A DNA stretch of 64,000 nucleotides from Antedon mediterranea (taxonomy: Eukaryota; Animalia; Echinodermata), in NCBI RefSeq assembly GCF_964355755.1, contig NC_092680.1:8804001-8868000 (forward strand), read 5' to 3'. Made by a program: the position numbers and the translations under genes. The notes beneath the pieces were generated by a model, which worked only from the letters and a program-made list of their open reading frames with translations, ran no database searches and was not told where the DNA came from. Within the stretch, counting starts at the first letter, position 1. Every line of letters starts with the position of its first letter. Shown in pieces: positions 37,371-51,314 of the stretch.

Positions 37371-38149
37371 GATGTTATGCGCGATTTGAACGATTTGCGC
37401 AATTTGAAATTGCGCAAAAAAAATCCTTGCGCAATTTGAATTGAAACATGTGTTTCAAATTGCGCAAGCAACGTATTAAATTGCGCAAGTAATCTGAAAA
37501 TTGCGCAAGGTTTTTCGACAGATTGTGAAATCATGCACACCCATATTTTTATAGTAATTTCTAAGAATGATTCAAAATTAAAGATAAATATCGCATTTCC
37601 TTATTTTAGTAGTGCAAATATTGTTATAAGTTAGCATACCGTCGAAGAACCGACGAAGGAAAACGAAGCGGTGGTGTTCCACCAGGCGGGCGCGGCGCGG
37701 GCGGCCGGCTATACTAGGCCTACTCTAGCCTAGCTAGGGTCTGGACTACTGATAGTGATACTGACTAGGTTACAAAGTGAGTATTAAACATTATCTTCAT
37801 TGAAATGGTCTTATTTATATAATAAAATACTAAATTTTAAACTCCTCTGCCTAGGCCTAGCCTAGCCATGTATGGGAAAATTTACAGTTCGTTTTCAAAT
37901 TGCGCAAAGGTGTCATATTGCGCAAGAACTATCTTGCGCAATTTACAAATTGTGCAGCGCAATTTAAAATTGCGCAAAGATTTTCTTGCGCAATTTGAAA
38001 TTGCGCAAGTTGATTGCGCAATTTGAAATTGCGCAAAAAAATCCTTGCGCAATTTTAAATTGCGCAAGAATTCTTTGCGCAATTTCAAATTGCGCAAGGA
38101 TTTTTTTGCGCAATTTCAAATTGCGCAAATCGTTCAAATCGCGCATAAC
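37371..38149 (-). mobile_element. TTGCGCAA-rich TIR element, copy 3 (inverse of copy 2, same GC-rich core)
   Basis: ATA|GATGTTATGCGCG...CGCGCATAAC|ATA. The core GGCGGGCGCGGCGCGGGCGGCCGGC is the reverse complement of 14797-14821. Confidence 0.92.
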
Positions 38150-38562
38150 ATAGACAATAAATGTTTCTATTATCACTCACCTTTTTATTATGGTTTTTTT
38201 TTTCTATTTTTTTATAATGAATAAAAAAATATGTTGGTTTCATGTCCGGGATTTAAAGTTTTTGCCACGAGGGTAGGTATTGGACAAAAATTGTGATTAA
38301 TTTAGAAAGAAATGGAGCTGGAAAGACGATTCCATCATCATATTGTATGTGTAAAGTATGACCCTTCAGATGGTTGTAAAGTTGTTGGTGCATTGGGCTA
38401 TTCATTTGTTAATGATAACTAAATCGAAAATAATGCATAGCATATATGCACTTATTTGGTACCAAAATATAAATCAGACTAATTTAAGAATATTAAAGTA
38501 ACTGTAAATTGTTTAATCCAAACATTTCCACATACAGTATCCAACTATTCAAATGACCCAAT

Positions 38563-39417
38563 AGAGAGAAATGGCGAACCGACGTCTAAAATCCGAGTGG
38601 GTATAAAATCATAACAAACCGTTGAGGGCGGCACATTTCCTATGTTTATACACGTGAATCATGGCGTCGTCTAACCAATGTTGTTGCTGTATCGCTCATA
38701 ATTCTTTTTCTATTTGTGTATTTAGTCATCCATCATTCACAATCATATTCCTAAAAATATCTCATATCTATCTGTAGGTCTACACTAGACTAGGCCTATA
38801 GTATTATAGTAGAATGGTCTTATCAAGTATTCATTACTGGCGGTAGCCCCCCCGGCAGGAAGCATCACTAGCCACATAACAAAATGGCAGTTGTCAAGCT
38901 GAAACTAAATGCTAGGCCTACGTCTACTAGAGATGCTCTATTTAGTCTTACTACCTAGCTAGGAGAGGCCTAGCAGCACCCTAGCTAAAGTAGTAGTAGT
39001 ACAGTATGCAATAAAGAATTTCCAATATTATTATTATTATTATAATAACCGATAATCCGTGCTAGGCTCGCTCGAGTAGGCCTGCTCGAGTATGCCTACT
39101 CGAGGTCAACACAGCATCAGCGAAACTATCTAGGGCCTAGAGCTGGGTACAGTATATAACAAAAACGCGTCTTAATTCAATCCAAATTGAAATAAAATAT
39201 GTTAAGATTTGCCCATATAACATTAAAATTGTTAAGGGTGTTGCAAAAAAAAAAGATACTGCTATTATGTGTGTTTTAAACGTTCTTTTCTAACTACCTT
39301 TTTAACTCAACCCATCGGAATTTCCCATACAAAAACATGTGGCGAAATGGTTTGTTTACAATCTATACCCACTCGGTGAAATTTGAGTGACGTCATCGCG
39401 GTTCACCATTTCTCTCT
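38563..39417. mobile_element. ISL2EU/Harbinger-like MITE with AT TSD
   Basis: AT|AGAGAGAAATGGCGAACCG...CCGAGTGGGTATA and the inverse TATACCCACTCGG...CGGTTCACCATTTCTCTCT|AT. Confidence 0.8.
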
Positions 39418-42400
39418 ATTGTAGTATTCAAATGCCAGTTCAGATTTCAGCCATTCAGAAATCTTCCACCAATGAACACAAACCAAAAGATTACACAATA
39501 GAATGCAATTACAACATTCAAGCTTCACATTTAAACTTCATCTATTTTGTTGTTGTAACTCTATATTAGTACTGCCTGGTTTAACCCGCCATAATCATAT
39601 TTCATCAGCCAAATCAATAAATTATTTCCTTTCATTTAATTAAAAAGCTTTGTACTACAGCTTATCAAAAGGAAACAAACATGTTTTTCTACCTTCTCCT
39701 TAGTTCACACTGCATTTCACTTCATTCCAATTATACACGTTCTGAAGTTATAGTAAAAACAATCTGTGAAGTACGTCCACATAACGATAACCTAACACGT
39801 CCCAAGTAACAAGATCAAATCTAGTTATTATATGTTACATTGAAGTAGAAGAATCATGATTGTTACCAAAACGATATTTTAAATTTACCAAATGCACTTC
39901 TTCTACAATTTGACCTATATTTTGAGAATTTAACTTCATTTGCTAATGAAATAAGTGAGAAGCTCATTGCATACCTACAGGCAAAATAAATTAAATGTGT
40001 TATCACATATTTAATAGGATTGTCATGCTCTATAATTTGAAAACAACGGGTAAGATAGGGAAATCTGCGAGAATGAGAAAAAGCTTCAAACACGGAATAT
40101 ATTAATCGATATGCAGACATGCCGCCGTTAGACTATTGATGCTTTGATGATACAAAAAAAATGTAATGTAAATAGTAACACAAGTCATTTTCCTATTATT
40201 AGACAATAAACAAAGTAAATATTACAGTTAATAATTTACTTGACATATGCTGAATTCAAAAGAGAAAACATCTCATGACTTAAGAGGAAAATTCTTGGTA
40301 TAAAATTATAATTGTTATTAACAACTTTAAATCCGGAGAACTTGTTCTAATGGTTTTCAATTAATTAAAACTATTTTTAGTTATGATCTTAAACAAGATT
40401 ACTTCAGTTAACACACAATATGTGCAGTCCATTTGTACTGGTTGGTGGTCTGGCCAGCCAAAGGTGCATGGAATTAATTGGCCGACAAATTGTCAACGTC
40501 AGTGGCTTGTTTATAAAAAAATAATTGGTTTTTGCATAATTCGGCATAAACATACTGTACTTATAGAATGTTTTTATGATTTCATTTAAATTTCTTTCAA
40601 AAGTAAAAATACAACATTTCATATCAGATAATGTTTTCTACCTCAAAAAGACTTTTTAAATAAATATAAAAACAGTATAAATAATTCAAGTATTATATAT
40701 ATTTTCTTTTTTTTAAATACTGTAGTTGTATTTTACATTTTTTTTCCTGAAAATGAATTAACTTTATGTTTAAGGTATGGTTGCAAACATTTCTATGCTG
40801 CCTAATTGTAATGTATATTTGTGGACCAACTGATTATAAGTACAGTAGTTACATATTGCCATTGGCATTGTTGAAACAGCACACTCTGCAAACATGCACA
40901 TTTGGTAAACACTAAGAAAAAATGATTTTAATCAGAATTACTAGGGACTTCTTAATAAGAACTTGTTTACGATCCTTACATGATGTTGACAAAAACAACT
41001 TGTTTACAAAGATGGCTTGTTTACTGTACAGTTGAGTAAATTTAAGCATGTGCAGGATTGTTTTTGCTTTTTTATCTACCACTCTATTTCACCTGCCGTT
41101 CAATACACAAATACTACTGTATGACACACACTTTTATCTCATACAATATTGTTGGTTTTGGCAAGCAGATTGTTATGACCAAGGGAGCTGAACTCCAGTT
41201 TAATTGATCGTACAGTCACCTACTGAGAAATCAATGTTGAGACATTTCTTTCTGGTAAATTTATCATAGGGTACTGTCCTATAGATTTAGCATTTGTTGA
41301 TAAACTATAACTCAGCTACACATAGGCAAATGGAGAAAAGATCTAAAACTGTCTGTGTCTAAAGGGGAATAGGAAAAAGGTCAGTGTGCGATCAAAAAGG
41401 ACAAAAAATGTTACCAATTTGTCATCTGGAAATGGACTCATTGTACTAGACATTTTAAAACGATGACAAATTACAAAACCATTGCATATAGATTTATTAC
41501 GACTAAGATTCTTAATGTGAAATATCAAATTATAGGTGCAAATGTTTGTTTGCAGTCTTCAGTTTTGACTTTCAAAAATGTATTTTATTCCAATATACTA
41601 CAGTATTATGTAATTTAACACTATTCTAACACATAATATTAGTAGCCAGAACTGGAAGAAAACAGAGGTATCTGTAGAAAAAAAACTCCAATCATTTGTT
41701 AGAAAATAAAACATTAAATATGAGAATGTGAGAAACTCCCTTTCATTATCACTACATGCATCCATTTTTAAGCATATCTAAATTCCAAAACATGTGATCA
41801 AGTTACAGTTGAAATATTCATATTCCAGAATTATTTATCATGTTTAATTGCATGAGAACATTTTCCTTGTTTTGTTACTCACCGGAAGCAGGCCTTTCAC
41901 CATGTGGGTCGTTGATTTGTCCATTCGTTAATTTAATGGCAAGTTATAAGTTTGTGTAGCTTGTATGTTTTTTAAAAGTTATTTCCATTTCTGTCATTCG
42001 TAATTCAGTCAAATATCCATAGACAACTCTGTTTATGTATTTGCTGTTGGATGGTGTGAAAATCTTTTTAAAAAGTTTAAAAAAACAAATGATTTCACTA
42101 CTTAGCACACTAAAGATTGATAGTAGGGAGGGATTCACTGCCTCGGTCCTATTTCAATTTCAAGCCGGACCTTTTCAGAACTGGTGGTGCTCATGTCTTA
42201 TAGAAAACTTCTTTCAAAGAAAAACCAATAGAAAGCAAAAGTACATTTGTGCATAAGTATTGATAACTTATAAGAAACAATCCAGTAGTAGTTTGCATTA
42301 AAAAGGGTTGCAGCAAAGACATCCACATTCCATTTTCTTAGTAAATCGTTACTTCTCCAACCTATAGCAATATAAGCTGGTTTATGCTCATAGCAGGTGT

Positions 42401-43077
42401 TGGTTGGCATGAGCATAGTGATGTGCTCATTTTAAAATTTATATGACAATTTTTTTGGCCATTCAATCTTATCTTAGCCAATAGGAAAATTCATCTTTTT
42501 TCAACTATATATAGTACTTGCATACGCTTCTTTCCTCGAGTTTTGCAAAAACCCTCTGTAACAATCCTCGCTTATACCTGGTATGGTTGGTACCGATAAT
42601 TTAAAATGTATTGGTATTATTATGGTATCTTTTATAATATTTACTTTAAACTTACTTATTAGACAGCATTCTTCTGTATACCAGTAGTTCCAATTCAACT
42701 TCTTTTTTTTTTGTTAGAAGTCTCTCAAATGAACATGATATTTTGATATATCTGGAAATTTAAACATAAATTTATATGGAATTCATGAAAACAGTCTATA
42801 GATTTAGGCAATAATGATTATTAATGTTATTTTCCACTTTTTTGTATATAATTATACAGTACAGTGTAATTTATTCTCATTAAAATAAAATTAGAAATAT
42901 AAATTGTATATACAGTATATATATATATATATATACACATCAGGCAATGAACATTAATTCTAAACCGCCCGGTGATATACTGAAATTAATTAATTAATTT
43001 GAAACGATAAAGATGAGGAAATCTGTGAGAAATATATATTATATATTTCCAGATATTTACAGTAAAGCTATAGTATT

Positions 43078-46000
43078 ATGAATTGGATAGTGTACATACA
43101 GTACATATGAATTGCATAGTGTACATACAGTACATATGAATTACATAGTGTACATACAGTACATATGAATTACATAGTGTACATACAGTACATATGAATT
43201 ACATAGTGTACATACAGTACATATGAATTACATAGTGTACATACAGTACATATGAATTGCATAGTGTACATACAGTACATATGAATTGCATAGTGTACAT
43301 ACAGTACATATGAATTACATAGTGTACATACAGTACATATGAATTACATAGTGTACATACAGTACATATGAATTACATAGTGTACATACAGTACATATGA
43401 ATTACATAGTGTACATACAGTGCATATGAATTACATAGTGTACATACAGTACATATGAATTACATAGTGTACATACAGTACATATGAATTACATAGTGTA
43501 CATACAGTACATATGAATTGCATAGTGTACATACAGTACATATGAATTGCATAGTGTACATACAGTACATATGAATTACATAGTGTACATACAGTACATA
43601 TGAATTACATAGTGTACATACAGTACATATGAATTACATAGTGTACATACAGTACATATGAATTACATAGTGTACATACAGTACATGAATTGCATAGTGT
43701 ACATACAGTACATGAATTGCATAGTGTACATACAGTACATATGAATTACATAGTGTACATACAGTACATGAATTGCATAGTGTACATACAGTACATATGA
43801 ATTACATAGTGTACATACAGTACATGAATTACATAGTGTACATACAGTACATATGAATTGCATAGTGTACATACAGTACATATGAATTACATAGTGTACA
43901 TACAGTACATATGAATTACATAGTGTACATACAGTACATATGAATTGCATAGTGTACATACAGTACATATGAAATGCATAGTGTACATACAGTACATATG
44001 AATTACATAGTGTACATACAGTACATATGAATTACATAGTGTACATACAGTACATATGAATTGCATAGTGTACATACAGTACATATGAATTACATAGTGT
44101 ACATACAGTACATATAAATTACATAGTGTACATACAGTACATATGAATTACATAGTGTACATACAGTACATATGAATTACATAGTGTACATACAGTACAT
44201 GAATTGCATAGTGTACATACAGTACATATGAATTACATAGTGTACATACAGTACATATGAATTACATAGTGTACATACAGTACATGAATTGCATAGTGTA
44301 CATACAGTACATATGAATTACATAGTGTACATACAGTACATGAATTGCATAGTGTACATACAGTACATATGAATTACATAGTGTACATACAGTACATATG
44401 AATTGCATAGTGTACATACAGTACATATGAATTACATAGTGTACATACAGTACATATGAATTACATAGTGTACATACAGTACATGAATTGCATAGTGTAC
44501 ATACAGTACATATGAATTACATAGTGTACATACAGTACATATGAATTACATAGTGTACATACAGTACATGAATTGCATAGTGTACATACAGTACATATGA
44601 ATTACATAGTGTACATACAGTACATATGAATTACATAGTGTACATACAGTACATGAATTGCATAGTGTACATACAGTACATATGAATTACATAGTGTACA
44701 TACAGTACATATGAATTGCATAGTGTACATACAGTACATATGAATTACATAGTGTACATACAGTACATATGAATTACATAGTGTACATACAGTACATGAA
44801 TTGCATAGTGTACATACAGTACATATGAATTACATAGTGTACATACAGTACATATGAATTACATAGTGTACATACAGTACATGAATTGCATAGTGTACAT
44901 ACAGTACATATGAATTACATAGTGTACATACAGTACATATGAATTACATAGTGTACATACAGTACATGAATTGCATAGTGTACATACAGTACATATGAAT
45001 TACATAGTGTACATACAGTACATATGAATTGCATAGTGTACATACAGTACATATGAATTACATAGTGTACATACAGTACATATGAATTACATAGTGTACA
45101 TACAGTACATATGAATTGCATAGTGTACATACAGTACATATGAATTGCATAGTGTACATACAGTACATATGAATTACATAGTGTACAGTACATATGAATT
45201 GCATAGTGTACATACAGTACATATGAATTGCATAGTGTACATACAGTACATATGAATTGCATAGTGTACATACAGTACATATGAATTACATAGTGTACAT
45301 ACAGTACATATGAATTGCATAGTGTACATACAGTACATATGAATTGCATAGTGTACATACAGTACATATGAAATGCATAGTGTACATACAGTACATATGA
45401 ATTGCATAGTGTACATACAGTACATATGAATTACATATGTGTACATACAGTACATATGAATTGTATAGTGTACATACAGTACATATGAATTGCATAGTGT
45501 ACATACAGTACATATGAATTGCATAGTGTACATACAGTACATATGAATTACATATGTGTACATACAGTACATATGAATTGCATATGTGTACATACAGTAC
45601 ATATGAATTGCATAGTGTACATACAGTACATATGAATTGCATAGTGTACATACAGTACATATGAAATGCATAGTGTACATACAGTACATATGAAATGCAT
45701 AGTGTACATACAGTACATATGAATTACATAGTGTACATACAGTACATATGAATTACATAGTGTACATACAGTACATATGAATTGCATAGTGTACATACAG
45801 TACATATGAATTGCATAGTGTACATACAGTACATATGAATTACATAGTGTACATACAGTACATATGAATTACATAGTGTACATACAGTACATATGAATTG
45901 CATAGTGTACATACAGTACATATGAATTGCATAGTGTACATACAGTACATATGAATTGCATAGTGTACATACAGTACATATGAATTGCATAGTGTACATA

Positions 46001-46211
46001 CAGTACATATGAATTGCATAGTGTACATACAGTACATATGAATTACATAGTGTACATACAGTACATATGAATTGCATAGTGTACATACAGTACATATGAA
46101 TTACATAGTGTACATACAGTACATATGAATTGCATAGTGTACATACAGTACATATGAATTGCATAGTGTACATACAGTACATATGAATTGCATAGTGTAC
46201 ATACAGTACAT
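43078..46211. repeat. 3.1-kb minisatellite, 29-bp unit ATGAATT(A/G)CATAGTGTACATACAGTACAT, a little over 100 copies
   Basis: Directly visible, with 27-bp and other minor variants interspersed. Confidence 0.98.
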
Positions 46212-48804
46212 ACTTAAATATACATTTTGTATTCTAAATACCTTTGTTTAAAATTCAGTTTTATCAGAATGTATAAAACACAATTTTCATTAAAAATTTA
46301 GTTTTTTTAATGAAATTTGTATGAAATAGGTAATAGATATGTAATGTTATCTTATTAGGTTGAAAACAATGCCAGAATTTAGTATCCCAATAGAGAACAA
46401 TAAATGAGAACACAACATTGTTATTATTACATATTTTAATTCAGTGAGATATTATATGATATTCAGCTTTAAAAAAAAGAACATACGCCAAGCTTAGATA
46501 ACATTCATATGTAAATCAACCTGATTATGTTTTGTTGGATTCTGAAGCTTTAATTATTATCAATATGAACCACCCACGCAAAGTGCTAAAAAAAACTATT
46601 AAATCCAGACATACACTACTCAAAAACAATGGGTAACCTGATTCGTAGGTTTACTACATTGACAACAAATGCTGCAATAGAGTATACAGTTAATAGAATA
46701 AATAAAAGGATGATTAAAAGAAAATAAACGGTAGCTGTTAATTAACTGCAGTTTTATTGAGGAGTAGAGGCGAATCTAAAGAATAAAATACAAAAAATAA
46801 AAAATCTTTAACCTTTTGTTAATCATGAAGTCTTTGATTTGGTATGATTATCTGATCGTTACCTAAAAAAAAAGTTTGAATTTTAATTTCAATTGAAGAA
46901 TCGAAAGCTTGGTTCCCACTAGGAAAATGATCTTATATCAATTCTCCGTCCCCTCTATTAACAAAGTTGAATCATTACTGATTCGCAACATAGTTGTAAA
47001 AACATACAGTAGTAATCCATTATCAATCCCACTATATTTTTGTGCGAGTAATGTTGCAATGGATTGAAAGTTTGCAGCCACAAAATTCAATATTTTAATA
47101 GCTTAAACTGTTTTAAAGTTTAAAATTATTATTTTAAGTTACTGCTTTTCCCATCCTTCTATTGTTATTATTATTCGTTATTTATAAAGATGCTTTTCCA
47201 AAGAAAGACCAAAGCTCTGGACACAGTAATTCCATAGGTTGCTCGCTTGATTAATAGTGGGTAGTAACCTACACAATTGTGCTTCAAGAAAATATTGATG
47301 AGAAAACATACAGGAATAGACTTTAAACAAATACATATTTTATAAAAAAAATAATCAGAAATGTTTAACTGTAAAATAATCATCTAATATGGGAATTTAC
47401 AGAAAAAATCACCTTGTCAATTCATCCTGAATTTAAGATCAATAAATATATTCGACCTTTGAGGTGATTATAGCCTGCAAGCTAGATTAATTACTTCCTC
47501 TTTTATGATTGGTTACCATCTTTCAATGACCGCATTAGACAGCTTCATCTAAATTGAATTCATAGTTCAACAAGGTGCTTGAACTATTGAAAAAATGATT
47601 AAAATGCATCTGCAGTCCTGTGTAACATTTTAATAATGATATGAGATTTTCTGTTTAGCAAGAGTTGTAGTACAATGTTTGGTGTTAGTATGATAAAACA
47701 AATCAATAATCCTAAAATACCGTAAAATATAGAAGTTTCTACGGTTGAGGAAAATGAAGAGATTAAGGAATACAGATGATGATACTTACACACATCCAGC
47801 GTTGTGTGATGAAAATTATCAATATTAAATGCCAGTGGAATTTCATGAATAGTGCATACTGCCACCTAATATAGGAATTACTGTAATGTCTTTTCAGTCC
47901 AAACAGGAAGTAAAGTCATACAGTATTCATCTTCAGGATATTTTCATCGTTCTATGGTTTTACCTGTACTCATTCCAATATACACCATAAATGACTATAA
48001 TACACCAATACTAGGCTCAAAGAAAGTGCAGTGAGTTTTAGTCCTCATGGCACATATTGGGGAATGGCCCGGAATGTCTCTCCTACTTTGAGATGGTCCC
48101 TCTCTTTCAATGGCAAACTAGTAACATTTGTAAAGCAGCAACTGTATAAAGTAAAACCATGAATTGTTTTTACTTATTGAATGTCTGATGCCCTCTGCAC
48201 CCAACATTCAAAACAAATTGGCACCCTTGCTTCATATCAAAATATATGTTTAGCAGGCGTGGTCATCAGCTTTTGCAGTGGTATTGGAACATAAGAGATG
48301 ATCGTGTGATTAAATGCCCTGTAAATCGAAACAAACCTTTGAAGAGTTACAAATGATAAGATAAGATAGAGTAATGACCCTGCAATCATTTACCCCAATT
48401 ATCTATCACATTTGTAAATAAAAATATAGCAATAACACAAAGTACAAAGTAAAATTTCACCACATGACAAATAAATTAATCATAATGTGTGAGCAAAGTA
48501 GATTACAGTATTATTGTTTGAAGATAATCCTGTAGAAAACTTTACACCTCAGATATGCAAGGCGTTTGGCTAACTTTGTGCTCAACGAATAATCTGTTAA
48601 GTAATATATCTATTTGATAGGTAAATATAAATGCAATCTTGTTTGTGAAATACTTAACGTTTAAAATACTCTGTTAACTAAATACTCAACGGAAAAATTA
48701 TCTCAACATGAAAGTTCTAAACCGAAAACACAGACAAATTATCATACAAAACAGTAGGCCTACCTACAATACAGGGTTGCTGCATTCACATCAACTGGGC
48801 CCTA

Positions 48805-49001
48805 TTTCTGCAGCCAAGAAAATACCGTATTTAATACGGTATTTTTTGAATACCGTATTTATACCGTATTTTTTTGGCAGCAGAAACTGCGCTCATAAAA
48901 AAAAAGTATTTTGTATACCGTATTTTCCCCACAAAATTTGTGTATAAAATACGGTATTTACAAATTTATACCATATTTTTTGTACCCTTTTCTGCTGCCA
49001 A
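48805..49001. repeat. Degenerate ATACCGTATT / AATACGGTAT patterned element
   Basis: Repeated direct and inverted ATACCGTATT between TTCTGCAGCCA and TTCTGCTGCCA. A similar layout with AATAACCGTT occurs at about 7540-7885. Confidence 0.5.
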
Positions 49002-51244
49002 TAATAATAATTTCTGTCGCTGTCAGATGTTTTACACTACATGTATAGATATATTCAGCGAAAATGTGGAGTGAAGACGTTACGGTTACTGTATACATCT
49101 GTGTGGGGAGGGAGGGGGAGGGGTATGTCCGGCCAACTAAAAGGTAATAAAAGGGACAACCACATTTATCACTCGTGGAGGGAACGAATTACTTGTCCCC
49201 ATTACAATGTTTTCTGTGCTCTCACAACATCTCTATCACTAGAGCTAGGCTGTTGAAATCAGTTACCTATCTTATACCTATAATAAACTATATAACTTTG
49301 ATTTATCCCCGATACAACTCCGATAGAGGTAAGAGATGTACATCCAAGGTAAATTTAACTCCATTACATGATGTTAGACAAGTGATAGACACTTCCCATT
49401 GGATTTATAGGGGTACATCAGATTTTTATTTGGTGTATTATTTTGCATTTGAACAGTCCATCTGACTGTATTTATCTCCGGTAGAGAAAACAGCATTCAT
49501 AGCATAAAAATAAAATGGGAATCGAGACTACAACCAGACATAATTATTTTGATAACTTTACAGGAACTACTGGAGACAACTACAATAGAAAGCTAAACAC
49601 TTCATTTTTAGAACTCAATTATTAACATTTGGGAGTTTCCCTAATAATTCACAAATAAATTGTAAGTTAGTTTCGGTTGTGAATGAGAAGAGATGATAAA
49701 AGGGCTTTTTTAATGTTTATTATCTAATATTAAATAGATTTAACACTAAAAATAACACAAACATTTATTGGCTGCCAGCATTTCCATACTGCTTTGTAAC
49801 AATATCTCTTCTTTTCTTATACAGTTGCATAAAATTCTTTGATAATAGTGTTCTTTGTCTCGTTATTCCAACCACTAATAGGCTTTTTTTTAAATACAGT
49901 ATTGTATGTTTACAATCATTCTACTTCAACTAAGTTGGAAAAACCAAAATTGTAATGAAGCAAATGAATTTATCAAACAGAAAGTACAAATTGGGTACAG
50001 CATTGTTGGGTAAAGTTAGTTTAGTATTGATAGCACAGTGGGCTAAATACAGCAACGCAAACAAGTTAACAAATTATTCTTTTCATAAATGTACACCTCT
50101 CTTCGAAAAGAAAGACCATTTATGGTATTCAAGTAACATAGGCACGAAATAGACTTACTGTATCAAATTTGCAGGGAAAAAAAATCATCTTAGTTTGTCA
50201 AGGATTTTTCATAATCCCACAAGCAAATATTTGTATTTATTTTTGTTCTTAAATCTATGAGAAATAAACACCATTCCATAACATAAAAAGAGCTTTTTCA
50301 ATGCTTACTTAAGCACTTTTTAACTGTTTTAACTTAAACAGCCCATTTATTTACTTTGTACTTTAATGTACGATTAATTGTATATAATTATGAGTTTGTA
50401 TAATAAAACGAATAGTTTGACTTGTATATGAGTCAGTGAAAATATTGTTCTTTTGGGCATGGCACTATAGTATTACCATATTTAAATTTGTTCTATTTTT
50501 AGATTATATAATAACTGTACAATATATAACTAATAAAGCCACTTATTGAATAGTAATTGATACTAAAATCAATACAATATAAAATCACCATATGAATGAT
50601 TTCTCAGTAACTAATACCCCTGAGAGCCAATATTGGGTACGGGTATTGTTACATTGTAAAGATATTATATATATTATAGAATAAACCACATCATTGTACA
50701 GTAAAACTACAGTACATATAAAAAATGGAATTATTATTTTATTATGATATTCTAATTAAATGGAAGAAAAATCATACTTTATTACTTATTCATTCCAAAA
50801 ACAAAATACACTAACCAACAATGGTGTCGGCAGTTTATAAGTGCCACTTCCTCTAGAAAGCATGGGCTACTGTCGGTTTATCCAGGTAAACTAGGCACGA
50901 AATAGACTGCAATATGTTTGTACATTAATCAGACACAAGGTGATAATGGTATTTGCTATAAAAACTACCTTTTACATTAGCGAGAATAACAAAACAAAAT
51001 CAAAGAAATTAAACTTTTTAGGTTTAACAGTAGAATACTGCATTCAACAAAAAGTCTGCCAAAATACATCAAGATAGTCTGTTCTATAAATAACTTTATG
51101 GTAAGTTTGTAATGGTTTCCCACCAAAATGAATTAACTGTACAACATATATAATAATAATACAACATAATGTTGTTTTCGCTGCTGCTTGTGCAAATAAG
51201 GAAATCACAACAACGCCGGTTTAGTCTTCAAGTAGGATTAGTTA

Positions 51245-51314
51245 GGGATTCCCCCTATGACTCATCTTTCTTAGAAGCTATTCCTTACAATAGGTTTCTT
51301 GAATCACAGGAAGT
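51245..51314. promoter_or_regulatory. Candidate enhancer: NF-kB + AP-1 + STAT + ETS cluster
   Basis: GGGATTCCCC 51245-54, ATGACTCAT 51257-65, TTCTTAGAA 51268-76, ACAGGAAGT 51306-14. Confidence 0.4.

Noticed and set aside
43663-46182. Cys/Tyr-rich minus-strand ORFs (MYCMYTMQFICTVCTLCNSYVLYVH...)
   Set aside because: Translations of the 29-bp minisatellite cycling through frames; no splice or coding signal.
43078-46211. CRISPR-like array (29-bp repeats)
   Set aside because: Head-to-tail repeats with no unique spacers, no cas genes, and a eukaryotic context.
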